Source: Candidatus Latescibacterota bacterium (GTDB taxonomy: Bacteria > Latescibacterota > UBA2968 > UBA8231). From it: DNA of 64,000 nucleotides. The translations under genes were made by a program, and so were the position numbers. The DNA lies in the NCBI GenBank assembly GCA_965217585.1, contig OZ244561.1, forward strand, positions 4,320,001 to 4,384,000, read 5' to 3'. Each line of letters opens with the position of its first letter. The stretch's first letter is position 1. A model generated the notes under the pieces. The model had not been told where the DNA came from. It searched no databases and was given only the letters and a program-made list of their open reading frames with translations. Of this stretch, positions 24,802 to 33,759 are shown one piece after another.

Positions 24802-25446
24802 TCAACCCACCTTGCCGACGCGGGGCGTCAAGTCGTTCCACAGATCGGCCATTGCGTAGGCCTGCTTAAAGCTCTGATACACGTCTTGCCACATGGCCTC
24901 GCGCAGCTTAGTAGCTTGTGCTTCGTCGCCGGCCGCGAGAGCCGCCTTGAGTTGGTCGCTCCTTGCAGCTTGGGCGGTCGCTTGGTCGCTGGCGGCTTGG
25001 GCTAAGTCGGCGGACGCGGCGGTGAAGTTGTCGATGAGTTCGTCGATGGGTGTGTCGGTATCCGTCTCCACGTCGTACGAGCTGGAGGGCTGGAAGTGGG
25101 TCGGGTGGCGAGTGCCGTCGGGATCGCGGCCGGTGTGGGTCGGCTGGATGTGGGGCGTTACTGACAGGTACATGACCATTGGTTCGTCGCCGATGGCCCG
25201 CACCTGATGAGTCTCGTCGGCGAGGGCAACGCAGAGCTGGCCCGCGCACAGTTCCTTTTCGCTGCCAGCTATGTGGAAGACGCAGCGGCCTTGCAGGATG
25301 AGGAAAATCTCGTGGCCGAGGTCGTGGCTGTGCAGGCCGGCCACCGCGCCCGGCTCCATGCGCAGGAAGCGGGAGCGGATGTGTGGCGTGACGAGGAGGT
25401 TTTTGATGTGTTCTTCTTGGCGAAAGTCGAAAATTTCAAAGGCCAT
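24802..25446 (-). CDS. Cupin domain protein
   Basis: HSHDLGHEIFLILQG...H motif. Confidence 0.8.
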   Translation of the reverse strand: MAFEIFDFRQEEHIKNLLVTPHIRSRFLRMEPGAVAGLHSHDLGHEIFLILQGRCVFHIAGSEKELCAGQLCVALADETHQVRAIGDEPMVMYLSVTPHIQPTHTGRDPDGTRHPTHFQPSSSYDVETDTDTPIDELIDNFTAASADLAQAASDQATAQAARSDQLKAALAAGDEAQATKLREAMWQDVYQSFKQAYAMADLWNDLTPRVGKVG

Positions 25447-25563
25447 GAACAGGCTCCTTGCGAAAGTGGACGGGAATGGTACCCAATATACCCAAGTCCA
25501 GCGTCTCTAAAAACGTCTATACAGAAAGCTACTCATCGGTTCTGAACAGTTCGTCCGAACTTG

Positions 25564-27318
25564 TCAGACCTCGACGAATCCTTCTGGCAACCCCTCCCCT
25601 TTGACCAACGCCTCTTTCAACGCCCGCGCATGTTGGCAAATCCCCCGATAAGAAAACCCCTTACAACTGCAACTTATGTCGTTTCCTTCCACCTCTAATT
25701 CGTAGAACGTCCCCGGCTGCGACGAACTGTCCACCCGGTACAGCGCTCGCTTTGGCCCTGCCAATACCCGTGCCAACACGCGCACCGCCTCCGCCGACGG
25801 CAAGCGCGACTTGGCCGCCGGATCGACGGCGGGCTGCGCGGCGACAAAGGCCGCCCCGGCCTCGCGCAACAATTCCACCACTTGCTGATCGTCCATCGCG
25901 CCAGTGGGCGGCGCGGGCAGCACTTCCATTACTCGCCGTAACTCGTCCATCACGTCGCGCTGGAAATCTTCGGGCAAGGCGCTGCCTTCGACGAGTTGGT
26001 CGATCAGCGCCGACTTGGTTTCGAGGACCGTCTTGACGAATTCGTCGATCGTGCCGCTACCGACCATATAGGTGACGTTGACGGCTTGCTGTTGCCCGAT
26101 GCGGTAGGCCCGGTCCTCGGCCTGCCAGTGATTAACCGGCACCCAGTCGAGATCGTTGAAGACCACCTGCCGCGCTGCCGTGAGGTTGAGCCCGATGCCC
26201 CCGGCGGTAATCTGCGCGGCCAGCACCTGCACTGAATCGTCCTCCTGAAAGCGGTCGGCCAGTTGTTGCCGCTCGCTGGCTGGCACTTCGCCGGTGATGG
26301 CTACCGCCTTCTGGCCAAAGTGCTTGCGCAGCGTGTTGACGGGTGATAGATAACACGAGAAGACCAGCACCTTCTCGCCTTGCTCCAACGCATTTTCGAC
26401 GAAGGGGATCGTGCTGCGGACCTTGGCGATGGCCAAGCGGTTGCGTGCAGTGGTCAACTGGCCCATGATCCAGCCCTGGCGCGAGCGGCGCTCCGCCTCG
26501 GTCTCGCCGGCAAGCTCGGCTTGGCCCCGACGCGAGATGGTGTGCAACAACTCCATCACCGCCTCGCTCATATCGCGTGCCACCCGGCTGGCGACCTCCA
26601 CGTCGAGCCAACTGCGGATCTTGGGCGGCAGATCGAGCACTTCGGCCTTGGTGCGACGCAGCATGATGCCGTGCAATTGCAAGGTCAGCTCTTCGATGTT
26701 GGAGGCCCCGTCGGCGACCCAGCCGTAGTCGCCCTTGTAGCCGTCGCAATAGCGCTTGGCAAACGAGATGAACGAACGCCCGAGCGCATGGCGCACCAAC
26801 TGCAACAGGGGAAAGAGATCGCGCGGCCGGCTCGTCAATGGCGTGCCGGTCAGAAGGTGGACCACCGCCTCGTCGCCAACGGCCTTGACCAAGTCCAGCG
26901 ACAGGCGGTGCCGCTGGCTGCGGTAATTCTTGAGATAGTGGGCCTCGTCGAAGACTAGGCCACTCCAGGAGTGTGCCGATAGAGGGTGTTTGGCGAGGAT
27001 ATCGTAGTTGATGACGACCCAGCCGGTATAGCCGGGGGCAGGCGCGGGTGCGGGGCCGACGACGGCGATCTCTGCCGCCGGCAGCACCAGCGCAATCTCG
27101 CGCGCCCAGTTGATCTTGACCGCAGCCGGGCAGACGACCAGATACGGCCCCTTGGGTTGGGCTTGGCGCATGGCCAGTACGGACTGCCGCGTCTTGCCCA
27201 GCCCCATGTCGTCGGCGAGGATGGCCCGCTGGCGACCCAACAAAAAGGCAATGCCCTCGACCTGATGGGCATACAGTCCGGCGGCTAGGGCTTCGGCCTG
27301 TTGTTGTGCCGTGCTCAT
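25564..27318 (-). CDS. SNF2-family helicase with C-terminal SWIM zinc finger
   Basis: LADDMGLGKT, DEAH, TGTP, QAEDRAYRIGQ; C-terminal CSCKGFSYRGICQH. Confidence 0.88.
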   Translation of the reverse strand: MSTAQQQAEALAAGLYAHQVEGIAFLLGRQRAILADDMGLGKTRQSVLAMRQAQPKGPYLVVCPAAVKINWAREIALVLPAAEIAVVGPAPAPAPGYTGWVVINYDILAKHPLSAHSWSGLVFDEAHYLKNYRSQRHRLSLDLVKAVGDEAVVHLLTGTPLTSRPRDLFPLLQLVRHALGRSFISFAKRYCDGYKGDYGWVADGASNIEELTLQLHGIMLRRTKAEVLDLPPKIRSWLDVEVASRVARDMSEAVMELLHTISRRGQAELAGETEAERRSRQGWIMGQLTTARNRLAIAKVRSTIPFVENALEQGEKVLVFSCYLSPVNTLRKHFGQKAVAITGEVPASERQQLADRFQEDDSVQVLAAQITAGGIGLNLTAARQVVFNDLDWVPVNHWQAEDRAYRIGQQQAVNVTYMVGSGTIDEFVKTVLETKSALIDQLVEGSALPEDFQRDVMDELRRVMEVLPAPPTGAMDDQQVVELLREAGAAFVAAQPAVDPAAKSRLPSAEAVRVLARVLAGPKRALYRVDSSSQPGTFYELEVEGNDISCSCKGFSYRGICQHARALKEALVKGEGLPEGFVEV

Positions 27319-27328
27319 AGATGCTCGG

Positions 27329-27380
27329 TAGGTATGGAGATGCTTAGTCATGCTGAGCGGAGCGAAGCATCTCATACCTA
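27329..27380. repeat. REP-like palindromic element
   Basis: TAGGTATG(G)AGATGCTT ... AAGCATCTCATACCTA inverted repeat enclosing GTCATGCTGAGCGGAGCGAAGCATCT. Confidence 0.65.
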
Positions 27381-27397
27381 GGGGCTCGTACGTAACA

Positions 27398-28513
27398 TCA
27401 GCAACCACTCAACGCCTTTTTTATTTGCGCGGCGAGGAGCCCCTCGTCGCCATCGGCGACCGTGGGCATGGACAAGTGAAGCTGGCCTGGGGCCGCTGAG
27501 AGCCAGACCGAGGGGTTGCCGTTGCGCAGGGTTTCCTCTATGTCGACGGCGGTGCGCCCGAGGGCTTGTTCGTCCAAGGTCAAGGTCAGGGATGCGCCAT
27601 CGACGGAGCTTTGCACGTGGGGCAGTTCGCCGAGGTGCTGGTGCACGGCCTCGGCGCGGCGGGTGTCGCCTTGGTTGCGGGCGTCGTGGTCCATAGCTAG
27701 CCAGCGGCGCAGGGCCACGACCACGCCGACGACCTCTTGGCGGTCGATCTTGAGCGGGCGGCCAACCCCTTCTAGGTCGCGGGTTTCAAAGCAGGCGAAG
27801 CTGTGCAAGTGGGCCGCGGCGATTAAGTCGGCGCGGCCGCAGAGAATGCCCGAAGAGTTGGGCGCGCCCACGTACTTGGCACCATAGCCGACTAAGTCGG
27901 CCCCGGCCGCGATGTATTGGGTCAAGCCGTCTAGGGGATAGACGCGGAAGGCCGCGTCCACCAAGATCGGGACATCGTGGGCGTGGGCGATGTCAATGGC
28001 CGCGTCCAGCGGGACGATGGCGGCTTCGTTGTCGATGGCCGGGTAGAGTACCGCGGCCGTTTGGGGGCCGATGGCTGCGGCGAGTTCGTCGGCTGTGGTG
28101 CCTTGCTCCGTGCCCGCCTCCACGAGAGTGACGCCGGGCAGGCGCACCATGCGGTCGTATTTGTAGCGCTGGGCCTTTTGGATGACCACCTGGTTGGGCA
28201 TGCCGGTCGAGTCGGGCAGGCGGGCCATTTTCTCTGGATCTGCGCCGGTGACGCAGGCGGCTGTGCCGAGGACCAACGCGGCTGCGCAGCCAGGGGTAAT
28301 CAGCGCGGCCTCGGCCCCGAGCAGGTCGGCGACGATCCGCCCCGTGCTCGCCAAGAAGGCGTCCATGTCAACATAGTAGCGGCCGGCTAGTTCCATGGCG
28401 GCGATGATGTCCGGGTGGGGGGACGACCCCCCTAAGAGGGTGCGCGGGCCGAGGGCGTTGATCACGGGCGTCGCCCCCATATCCGCGTACAGTGCTCGGG
28501 CTTCCTTACTCAT
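27398..28513 (-). CDS. SelA-like / DgaE-family PLP-dependent transferase
   Basis: PVINALG..TLLGGS, ILVDAA, GADLVGYGAK, GRPLKIDRQE. Confidence 0.8.
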   Translation of the reverse strand: MSKEARALYADMGATPVINALGPRTLLGGSSPHPDIIAAMELAGRYYVDMDAFLASTGRIVADLLGAEAALITPGCAAALVLGTAACVTGADPEKMARLPDSTGMPNQVVIQKAQRYKYDRMVRLPGVTLVEAGTEQGTTADELAAAIGPQTAAVLYPAIDNEAAIVPLDAAIDIAHAHDVPILVDAAFRVYPLDGLTQYIAAGADLVGYGAKYVGAPNSSGILCGRADLIAAAHLHSFACFETRDLEGVGRPLKIDRQEVVGVVVALRRWLAMDHDARNQGDTRRAEAVHQHLGELPHVQSSVDGASLTLTLDEQALGRTAVDIEETLRNGNPSVWLSAAPGQLHLSMPTVADGDEGLLAAQIKKALSGC

Positions 28514-30830
28514 AAGTGTTCTCTCCATACAGCCCCACCGGGCTAGGTACATGGTTGGCGGGAACCAGCAACAAGGGCAAACCATTGTGCTGGAGGCGAA
28601 ATTGCAGGTAGTCGAGTTCGGGGGTGGGCTGCGTGGCGAGGCCCAAAAGCCGCGGGCGCAACAGCGCGGGCGAAAACAGCTTGGGCCGGGGCCGCTCCAT
28701 CAGCTCGACGGTCTCGTCCGCCGACAGCCCGATCTTTTCCTTGGCTAGCGCGATGGCCACTTCGAGACCCCCGATCCGGTCGGCGAGGCCGAGCTGCACG
28801 GCGCGCTGGCCGCTCCAGACGCGACCTTGGGCCATGACTTCGACCGAGTCCGGTGCGATGTGGCGACTGCTGGCGACCTTGGCGACAAAGTCCTCGTACA
28901 GCGAGCGGATGTTGCGCTCCATGCGCGCACTTTCGTCCTCAGTGAAGGTGCGGTCTGGCAAGCGCAGGCCGAGCAGGGGCAAGACCATGCCAAAAGGCAA
29001 GTCCGCGTGGCGACCCACCTGCACGCGGCTCGTGCTCAAGCCGAGCCTTTCCTTGAGCCCTTTGTTGTACGCCCAGCCGGCAATGACTCCAATCGAGCCG
29101 GTGATGGTATTGGGTGCGGCGACGATCGCATCGCCGGGCAGCGAGAGCATGTAGCCGCCCGAAGCCGCGAGGTAGCCCTGCGAGACGATGACTGGCTTGT
29201 GCTCGCGGCATTGCAGCACGGCGTCGGCTACGAGGGCCGAGGGCAGGACGTCGCCGCCCGGAGAATCGACGCGCAACACCACGGCGTCCGCTGCCGCGCA
29301 GGCCGAGGCAATCTCGCCGACGAGCCGGCGCGCACCAATGCCGGTGTCCATGGCGCAGACGCCGAGCGCATAGACGATGGCAATGCGCTTGCGCTGCCCC
29401 CAGCGCCGGTCGGCGGGCCGCGCGTACGAATTGGCGGCGACCACGTTGAAGTCCTCGACCATGCGGTCGATTTCGCTCCAGCGCCCGAGGCGATCCACTA
29501 AGCCAGCGTCGAGGGCCTCTTGCGGCAGGAAGAGGGCGGTCTCTTCCACGAGGCGGTCGAAGTGCTCGGGCGCAAGCGAGCGATCGGTGCTGATGTCGCC
29601 GCGGGCGAGGGCGTACCAGTCGTCGAGCAGGGCCGTTAGCTGCTCGCGCTCGCCCGCGGACATGTCGCGGCGGACGTATGCTTCGGTCGCGGACTTGTAC
29701 TGGAAAAGCCGCCACTCGTCAAAGCCGATTCCGAGCTTGTCCAACGCGTCCTTGAAGTACGTGTGCCCCGCCACATAGCCCTGCAAGCCGATCGCGCCGG
29801 CCGGATCGAGCACCAAGTGATCGGCCACCGAGACCCAGTGATAGCCGGACATGCCAACGCGGTCGATGTACACCACGACCCGCTGCCCTCCAGCACGGAT
29901 TTGGCGCAGCTTCTCCCGCAGTTCCCAGCCGAGTGCCGGGCTAATCCGCAGGCCCGAAGCATTGATGGCAAGGCCCTTGATCGCTGGATCGCGGCGCGCG
30001 CGTTCCAGCAAGGCGATGAGGTCGAGCAGGCTCTGCGAATCGTCGAAGAAAGCAAAGCGGCGGTGTTGAACCGGCCCGGACAGCTCCAGCGATAGATAGC
30101 GCGCTCGTGGCCGGAACAGGTTCCCCCGCTGCGCTCCGAAGCGCGCCGCATACGTCTGCTGGGTGCGCCCTCGCGTCTGCGCTTGGAAATCGGCTGCGCC
30201 CAGCCCGATGCGCAAGCCAACGCGCAGGGCGCGGTCTGAGAAGAAGCGCCCCGTCAGCGCCAGCCCCTGCACTAGCTCGACTACGGCTCCGGTGCTCCAG
30301 AAGTCCGCCTCGCCGATGTGCGCGTAATCCGCATACAAGGTTAGGCGCTCGTCTCCCCAGGGACGCAGGGAGAGATCAACGGCCCCTTCGCGGCCTGTGT
30401 TGGCAAAGGTCGAGGTCCAGGTGCCTCCCATTGAAAGATGCGGCCCGGGCCGCCAGATCCCCCCGAGGACCACGTGCCGCACGCTCCCCCACCCCATGCC
30501 CACCCCGAGGCTGAAGTCGTGGTCGCCGGTGCTGAGTCCAGTCCGGTACTCGCGATCGCGGCGGCCATTTACCATCCCAAACCCCAAACGGGGCACGGCC
30601 GTAAAAAGGCCCCACGAATGGACGGAATTGCTGTCCGACCAAGCGACCCCCTGCTCCAAGCCCTCGACATAACTGAGCAGCGCGGGATTGGCGTATCCGT
30701 ATAGCCCTATGTCCAACCCGCCAAAAGCGGCGAGGACGAATTCTCCGCGCTCGGCGTAGGGGATAAACGGCGCTTGGGCGTTTACCGCGCTTGCGACGAG
30801 GAGGCAGCAGAGGAATTGGAACAAGCGCAT
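28506..30830 (-). CDS. sppA: S49 signal peptide peptidase SppA with N-terminal beta-strand-rich domain
   Basis: Signal peptide MRLFQFLCCLLVASAVNA; YKSA, RVDSPGG, ASGGY, TITGSIGV, GRVWSG. Confidence 0.8.
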   Translation of the reverse strand: MRLFQFLCCLLVASAVNAQAPFIPYAERGEFVLAAFGGLDIGLYGYANPALLSYVEGLEQGVAWSDSNSVHSWGLFTAVPRLGFGMVNGRRDREYRTGLSTGDHDFSLGVGMGWGSVRHVVLGGIWRPGPHLSMGGTWTSTFANTGREGAVDLSLRPWGDERLTLYADYAHIGEADFWSTGAVVELVQGLALTGRFFSDRALRVGLRIGLGAADFQAQTRGRTQQTYAARFGAQRGNLFRPRARYLSLELSGPVQHRRFAFFDDSQSLLDLIALLERARRDPAIKGLAINASGLRISPALGWELREKLRQIRAGGQRVVVYIDRVGMSGYHWVSVADHLVLDPAGAIGLQGYVAGHTYFKDALDKLGIGFDEWRLFQYKSATEAYVRRDMSAGEREQLTALLDDWYALARGDISTDRSLAPEHFDRLVEETALFLPQEALDAGLVDRLGRWSEIDRMVEDFNVVAANSYARPADRRWGQRKRIAIVYALGVCAMDTGIGARRLVGEIASACAAADAVVLRVDSPGGDVLPSALVADAVLQCREHKPVIVSQGYLAASGGYMLSLPGDAIVAAPNTITGSIGVIAGWAYNKGLKERLGLSTSRVQVGRHADLPFGMVLPLLGLRLPDRTFTEDESARMERNIRSLYEDFVAKVASSRHIAPDSVEVMAQGRVWSGQRAVQLGLADRIGGLEVAIALAKEKIGLSADETVELMERPRPKLFSPALLRPRLLGLATQPTPELDYLQFRLQHNGLPLLLVPANHVPSPVGLYGENTYE

Positions 30831-30985
30831 CGGCAATGGCGAAACCGTGCTACCTTCCTTCCTGAGACGCCGTTCCGACACCTCATACTCCCCGAGGTGC
30901 GCCTGCATCAAGCTCTCCCACAGTTTGCCGTGATTAGGGACGGACTCCCATATCCGTCCCCATTGAGTTTCGCGTCATCCGCATC

Positions 30986-32176
30986 TTAGCTCCTCTCTGC
31001 AAATTCAGGCATGGTGCGCCGCATAAAGTCATCAAACAAGGGAACGGTAAACGCCAAGTAGCCGTGCGCCGGGCTATAGATCATGCCCTTGTTGATGAGT
31101 TTCGCCCGGGTTGGCCCGATGCTGTTGATTTTCACCGACAAGCACTCTGCGACCTCACTGCCGCGTTGCGCTCCTGGGCCAAGTTCCGCCATGACGCGGA
31201 GAAACCGCTTCTCCCTCGGAGTCAGGCGATTAAAGCGAACTCGGAAAAAATTTTCGTCAAGACGCTTGGTTACGGTCGCGGAAGCGTCTTGCACGACCGC
31301 CAAGCTGATCGGCGAGACTTCGGCCCGGTTCCAAGCTTGATAACCCCATTCTTGGAGAAAGTAGGGATAGCCTTGAGTGAGACGGTATATTTCCCGGACG
31401 GCGGCTTCGTCGAACTCGACTCCGTATTGTTTGACCGGGTCTTGCAAGGCCCTGCTGGTGTCCGAATCGGAAAGTGCGCCAACGTCGGGAAAACTGAATA
31501 ACCGCTCAGCATACGATTTGGACTCGCCCGCCAAACCCGGCAGGATGGGGAGGCCGGCGCCCAGCAACACCAATGGCAGTTGGCGCTGCTGCATCCTGTG
31601 CATGGACATGATGAGTGCGCCGAGTTCCTTTTTATTGAGATACTGTATCTCGTCGATCATGACAGCTAGGCACGTCCCCTGTTCCGCCGCCGCTTCTGCC
31701 ACCGCCGTGAACAGATCAGGTAAGTCAATTTCGAGGTCGCCGCTGTCTGCGGTGCCCTTCTCCGCGTCGATGTCTAGTCCCAATTCTATCCCTTCCATCT
31801 TGACGCTGATCGTTCCGAAAAAGCCTTTGAGAACCGCCAAGGCTTGACGCGCCTTGTGCCCCGCGCCTGCCAGCCGATCCAGTTTATGCAGCAGTTGACG
31901 CAAAGGAGGGGCCAGCAGCGCACCTAACGGCTTTTGTTCGTGGGCTTCGACGAGGAGCGTACGATACCCGGCCGCTTGAGCGGTTCGCTCCATTTCGTTG
32001 AGCAAGACGGTTTTGCCCACGCCGCGCAATCCCGTCAGCAGGATGCTCTTTTCAGCCCGGCGTTGCTTGATTCGGCCTAGTAGGATGCGAGCCTGATCAA
32101 GCACGTCGTCCCTGCCGACAAGTTCGGGAGGGGGCGCTCCAGCACCGGGTGAAAAAGGGTTTTTTATCGGGTCCAT
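30986..32176 (-). CDS. AAA ATPase (AAA_16-like) with C-terminal winged-helix
   Basis: NPFSPGAG..P..LVGR, GLRGVGKT, IDEIQ, GYPYFLQ, LINKGMIY. Confidence 0.85.
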   Translation of the reverse strand: MDPIKNPFSPGAGAPPPELVGRDDVLDQARILLGRIKQRRAEKSILLTGLRGVGKTVLLNEMERTAQAAGYRTLLVEAHEQKPLGALLAPPLRQLLHKLDRLAGAGHKARQALAVLKGFFGTISVKMEGIELGLDIDAEKGTADSGDLEIDLPDLFTAVAEAAAEQGTCLAVMIDEIQYLNKKELGALIMSMHRMQQRQLPLVLLGAGLPILPGLAGESKSYAERLFSFPDVGALSDSDTSRALQDPVKQYGVEFDEAAVREIYRLTQGYPYFLQEWGYQAWNRAEVSPISLAVVQDASATVTKRLDENFFRVRFNRLTPREKRFLRVMAELGPGAQRGSEVAECLSVKINSIGPTRAKLINKGMIYSPAHGYLAFTVPLFDDFMRRTMPEFAERS

Positions 32177-32190
32177 GAACGCTGTTCTAT

Positions 32191-32250
32191 CTATTTATAC
32201 CTATTTCTATCTATCTATACTATATTATACTATATTATACTATATTATAT
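32191..32250. repeat. 10-bp-periodic AT-rich tandem repeat
   Basis: CTATTTATAC CTATTTCTAT CTATCTATAC TATATTATAC TATATTATAC TATATTATAT. Confidence 0.85.
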
Positions 32251-32320
32251 CACTAAACAAGTAGATTTTAGTAGATTTCCTGCGAGCAACCGCTATACCG
32301 CAAAAAAGAGAAGACGCCTC

Positions 32321-32944
32321 TTAGGCTTCCTCGGCAAACAAGCGCAAATCTCCTTTGCCCTCGCGGAGCACCTCGACTTGATCCCCCACCAATGACACCA
32401 CGCTCGAAGCCTCCACGGGCAGCGGCCCGCACTCCAAGATCAAATCCACATGCGACCCCAGTTCTTCCTCTAAGGCCCACGGCTCGGTTAGCACCTCTTG
32501 ATCGGCGTAGTTGGCGCTGGTGCTCAGGATGGGTTGGCCGAGGGCGCGGACCAAGGCCAGCGGCACTGGGTGATCGGGAATCCGCAAGCCGACGGTTTTC
32601 TGTTTGGTTTGCAGGATGCGCGGCGTCTGGCGGGTGGCCGGCAATACGAAGGTGTACGCCCCCGGCAGGCACTGCTTGAGGATGCGGTGGGCGTAGTTGG
32701 AGACGCGGGCGTAGTCGCTGATGTGGGTCAGGTCGGCGCAGACAAAGGACATGGGCTTCTTGCGGTCGCGGCCCTTGATGCGCTGCACGCGCTCAATCGC
32801 CTGCTTGTTGGTGATGTCGCAGCCGAGGCCGTAGATCGTATCGGTGGGATAGACGATGACGCCCCCTTGTTGGAGTACCTCGGCTGCGCGCTGGATGTGG
32901 CGGCCTTTGAGGCGGTCGGGATGAACGGTCAGTACTTGGACCAT
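32321..32944 (-). CDS. Sua5/YciO/YrdC family (threonylcarbamoyl-AMP synthase-like)
   Basis: YPTDTIYGLGC, K.R..KP, PGAYT, STSAN, LREGKG. Confidence 0.9.
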   Translation of the reverse strand: MVQVLTVHPDRLKGRHIQRAAEVLQQGGVIVYPTDTIYGLGCDITNKQAIERVQRIKGRDRKKPMSFVCADLTHISDYARVSNYAHRILKQCLPGAYTFVLPATRQTPRILQTKQKTVGLRIPDHPVPLALVRALGQPILSTSANYADQEVLTEPWALEEELGSHVDLILECGPLPVEASSVVSLVGDQVEVLREGKGDLRLFAEEA

Positions 32945-32945
32945 T

Positions 32946-33680
32946 CTAGCGCTCCTGGTCGATTTTGGCGACCCACGCATCGACGACGGCCGCGATCATG
33001 GCCTGGCCGTGCTCCGCGTTGGCCGTGTAGCTGTTTTTGGTTTCGTCTTGTTGGCAGTACCAAGGTGGGTCGTCGCCGAGGCGGTCTTGCTCCACGAGTT
33101 CGGGACGCGCGGCGAGCAGGAAAGAAGTCTCGTTGTACCCGGCGTGATCGCCCCCGGCTGGGGGACTCGATTCCGGGAGGATCATGGGCTGCACTTCAAT
33201 GTGCCCGCCCCAAGAGCTAGCCCGGTCGAGCGCGTCGCGGTCGCCCCACCAGCCGCGTGGGTGCCCCTCGGCGAGCACCTGCTCAAACGCCAGCTCGGCC
33301 GCGGCCTTGCTGAAGGCTAAGGCGAGGGGGCCGCCCATGCCTTGGTGCATGATGGTGACGTAGGTCTTGCGGAAGCCCATCTCGATAAAGTTGCGCAGGA
33401 TGCTCTTGACCAAGCGGCCAAAGGCATCGTAGTCCGGGTCGATGGTCCCGTCGGCTGGACCGCCGAGGGCATAGCCGGTGGGGCCGTAGTCAAACGACGG
33501 GGCAATGACGCAAGGGGTGCGCGCGGCCACGCGGTCGCAAATTTCCTCGACGATGAGGGTGTCGTGGCCGATGGCCATGTGCGGGCCGTGGGTCTCGATG
33601 CAGCCGGCTGGCACTAGCAGGGGATGCCCTTGGGCCACCGCATCTGTAAGTTGGTAGGGACGCAGGTGCTTGAGGTGCAT
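32946..33680 (-). CDS. Creatininase family protein
   Basis: GCIETHGPH...D, DHAGYNETS. Confidence 0.8.
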   Translation of the reverse strand: MHLKHLRPYQLTDAVAQGHPLLVPAGCIETHGPHMAIGHDTLIVEEICDRVAARTPCVIAPSFDYGPTGYALGGPADGTIDPDYDAFGRLVKSILRNFIEMGFRKTYVTIMHQGMGGPLALAFSKAAAELAFEQVLAEGHPRGWWGDRDALDRASSWGGHIEVQPMILPESSPPAGGDHAGYNETSFLLAARPELVEQDRLGDDPPWYCQQDETKNSYTANAEHGQAMIAAVVDAWVAKIDQER

Positions 33681-33759
33681 GGAGAAGCTCCTTGTTGTGT
33701 CTGCGGAATTGGACATAATATAGGCCAGGAAGAGCACGTCAACTTAGGACATTGAGCAG

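Noticed and set aside
27398-28513. Calling this gene selA
   Set aside because: Short, lacks the SelA N-terminal domain, and motifs fit the DgaE-like family
32191-32250. CRISPR array or replication origin
   Set aside because: No spacers, no cas genes and no DnaA boxes seen
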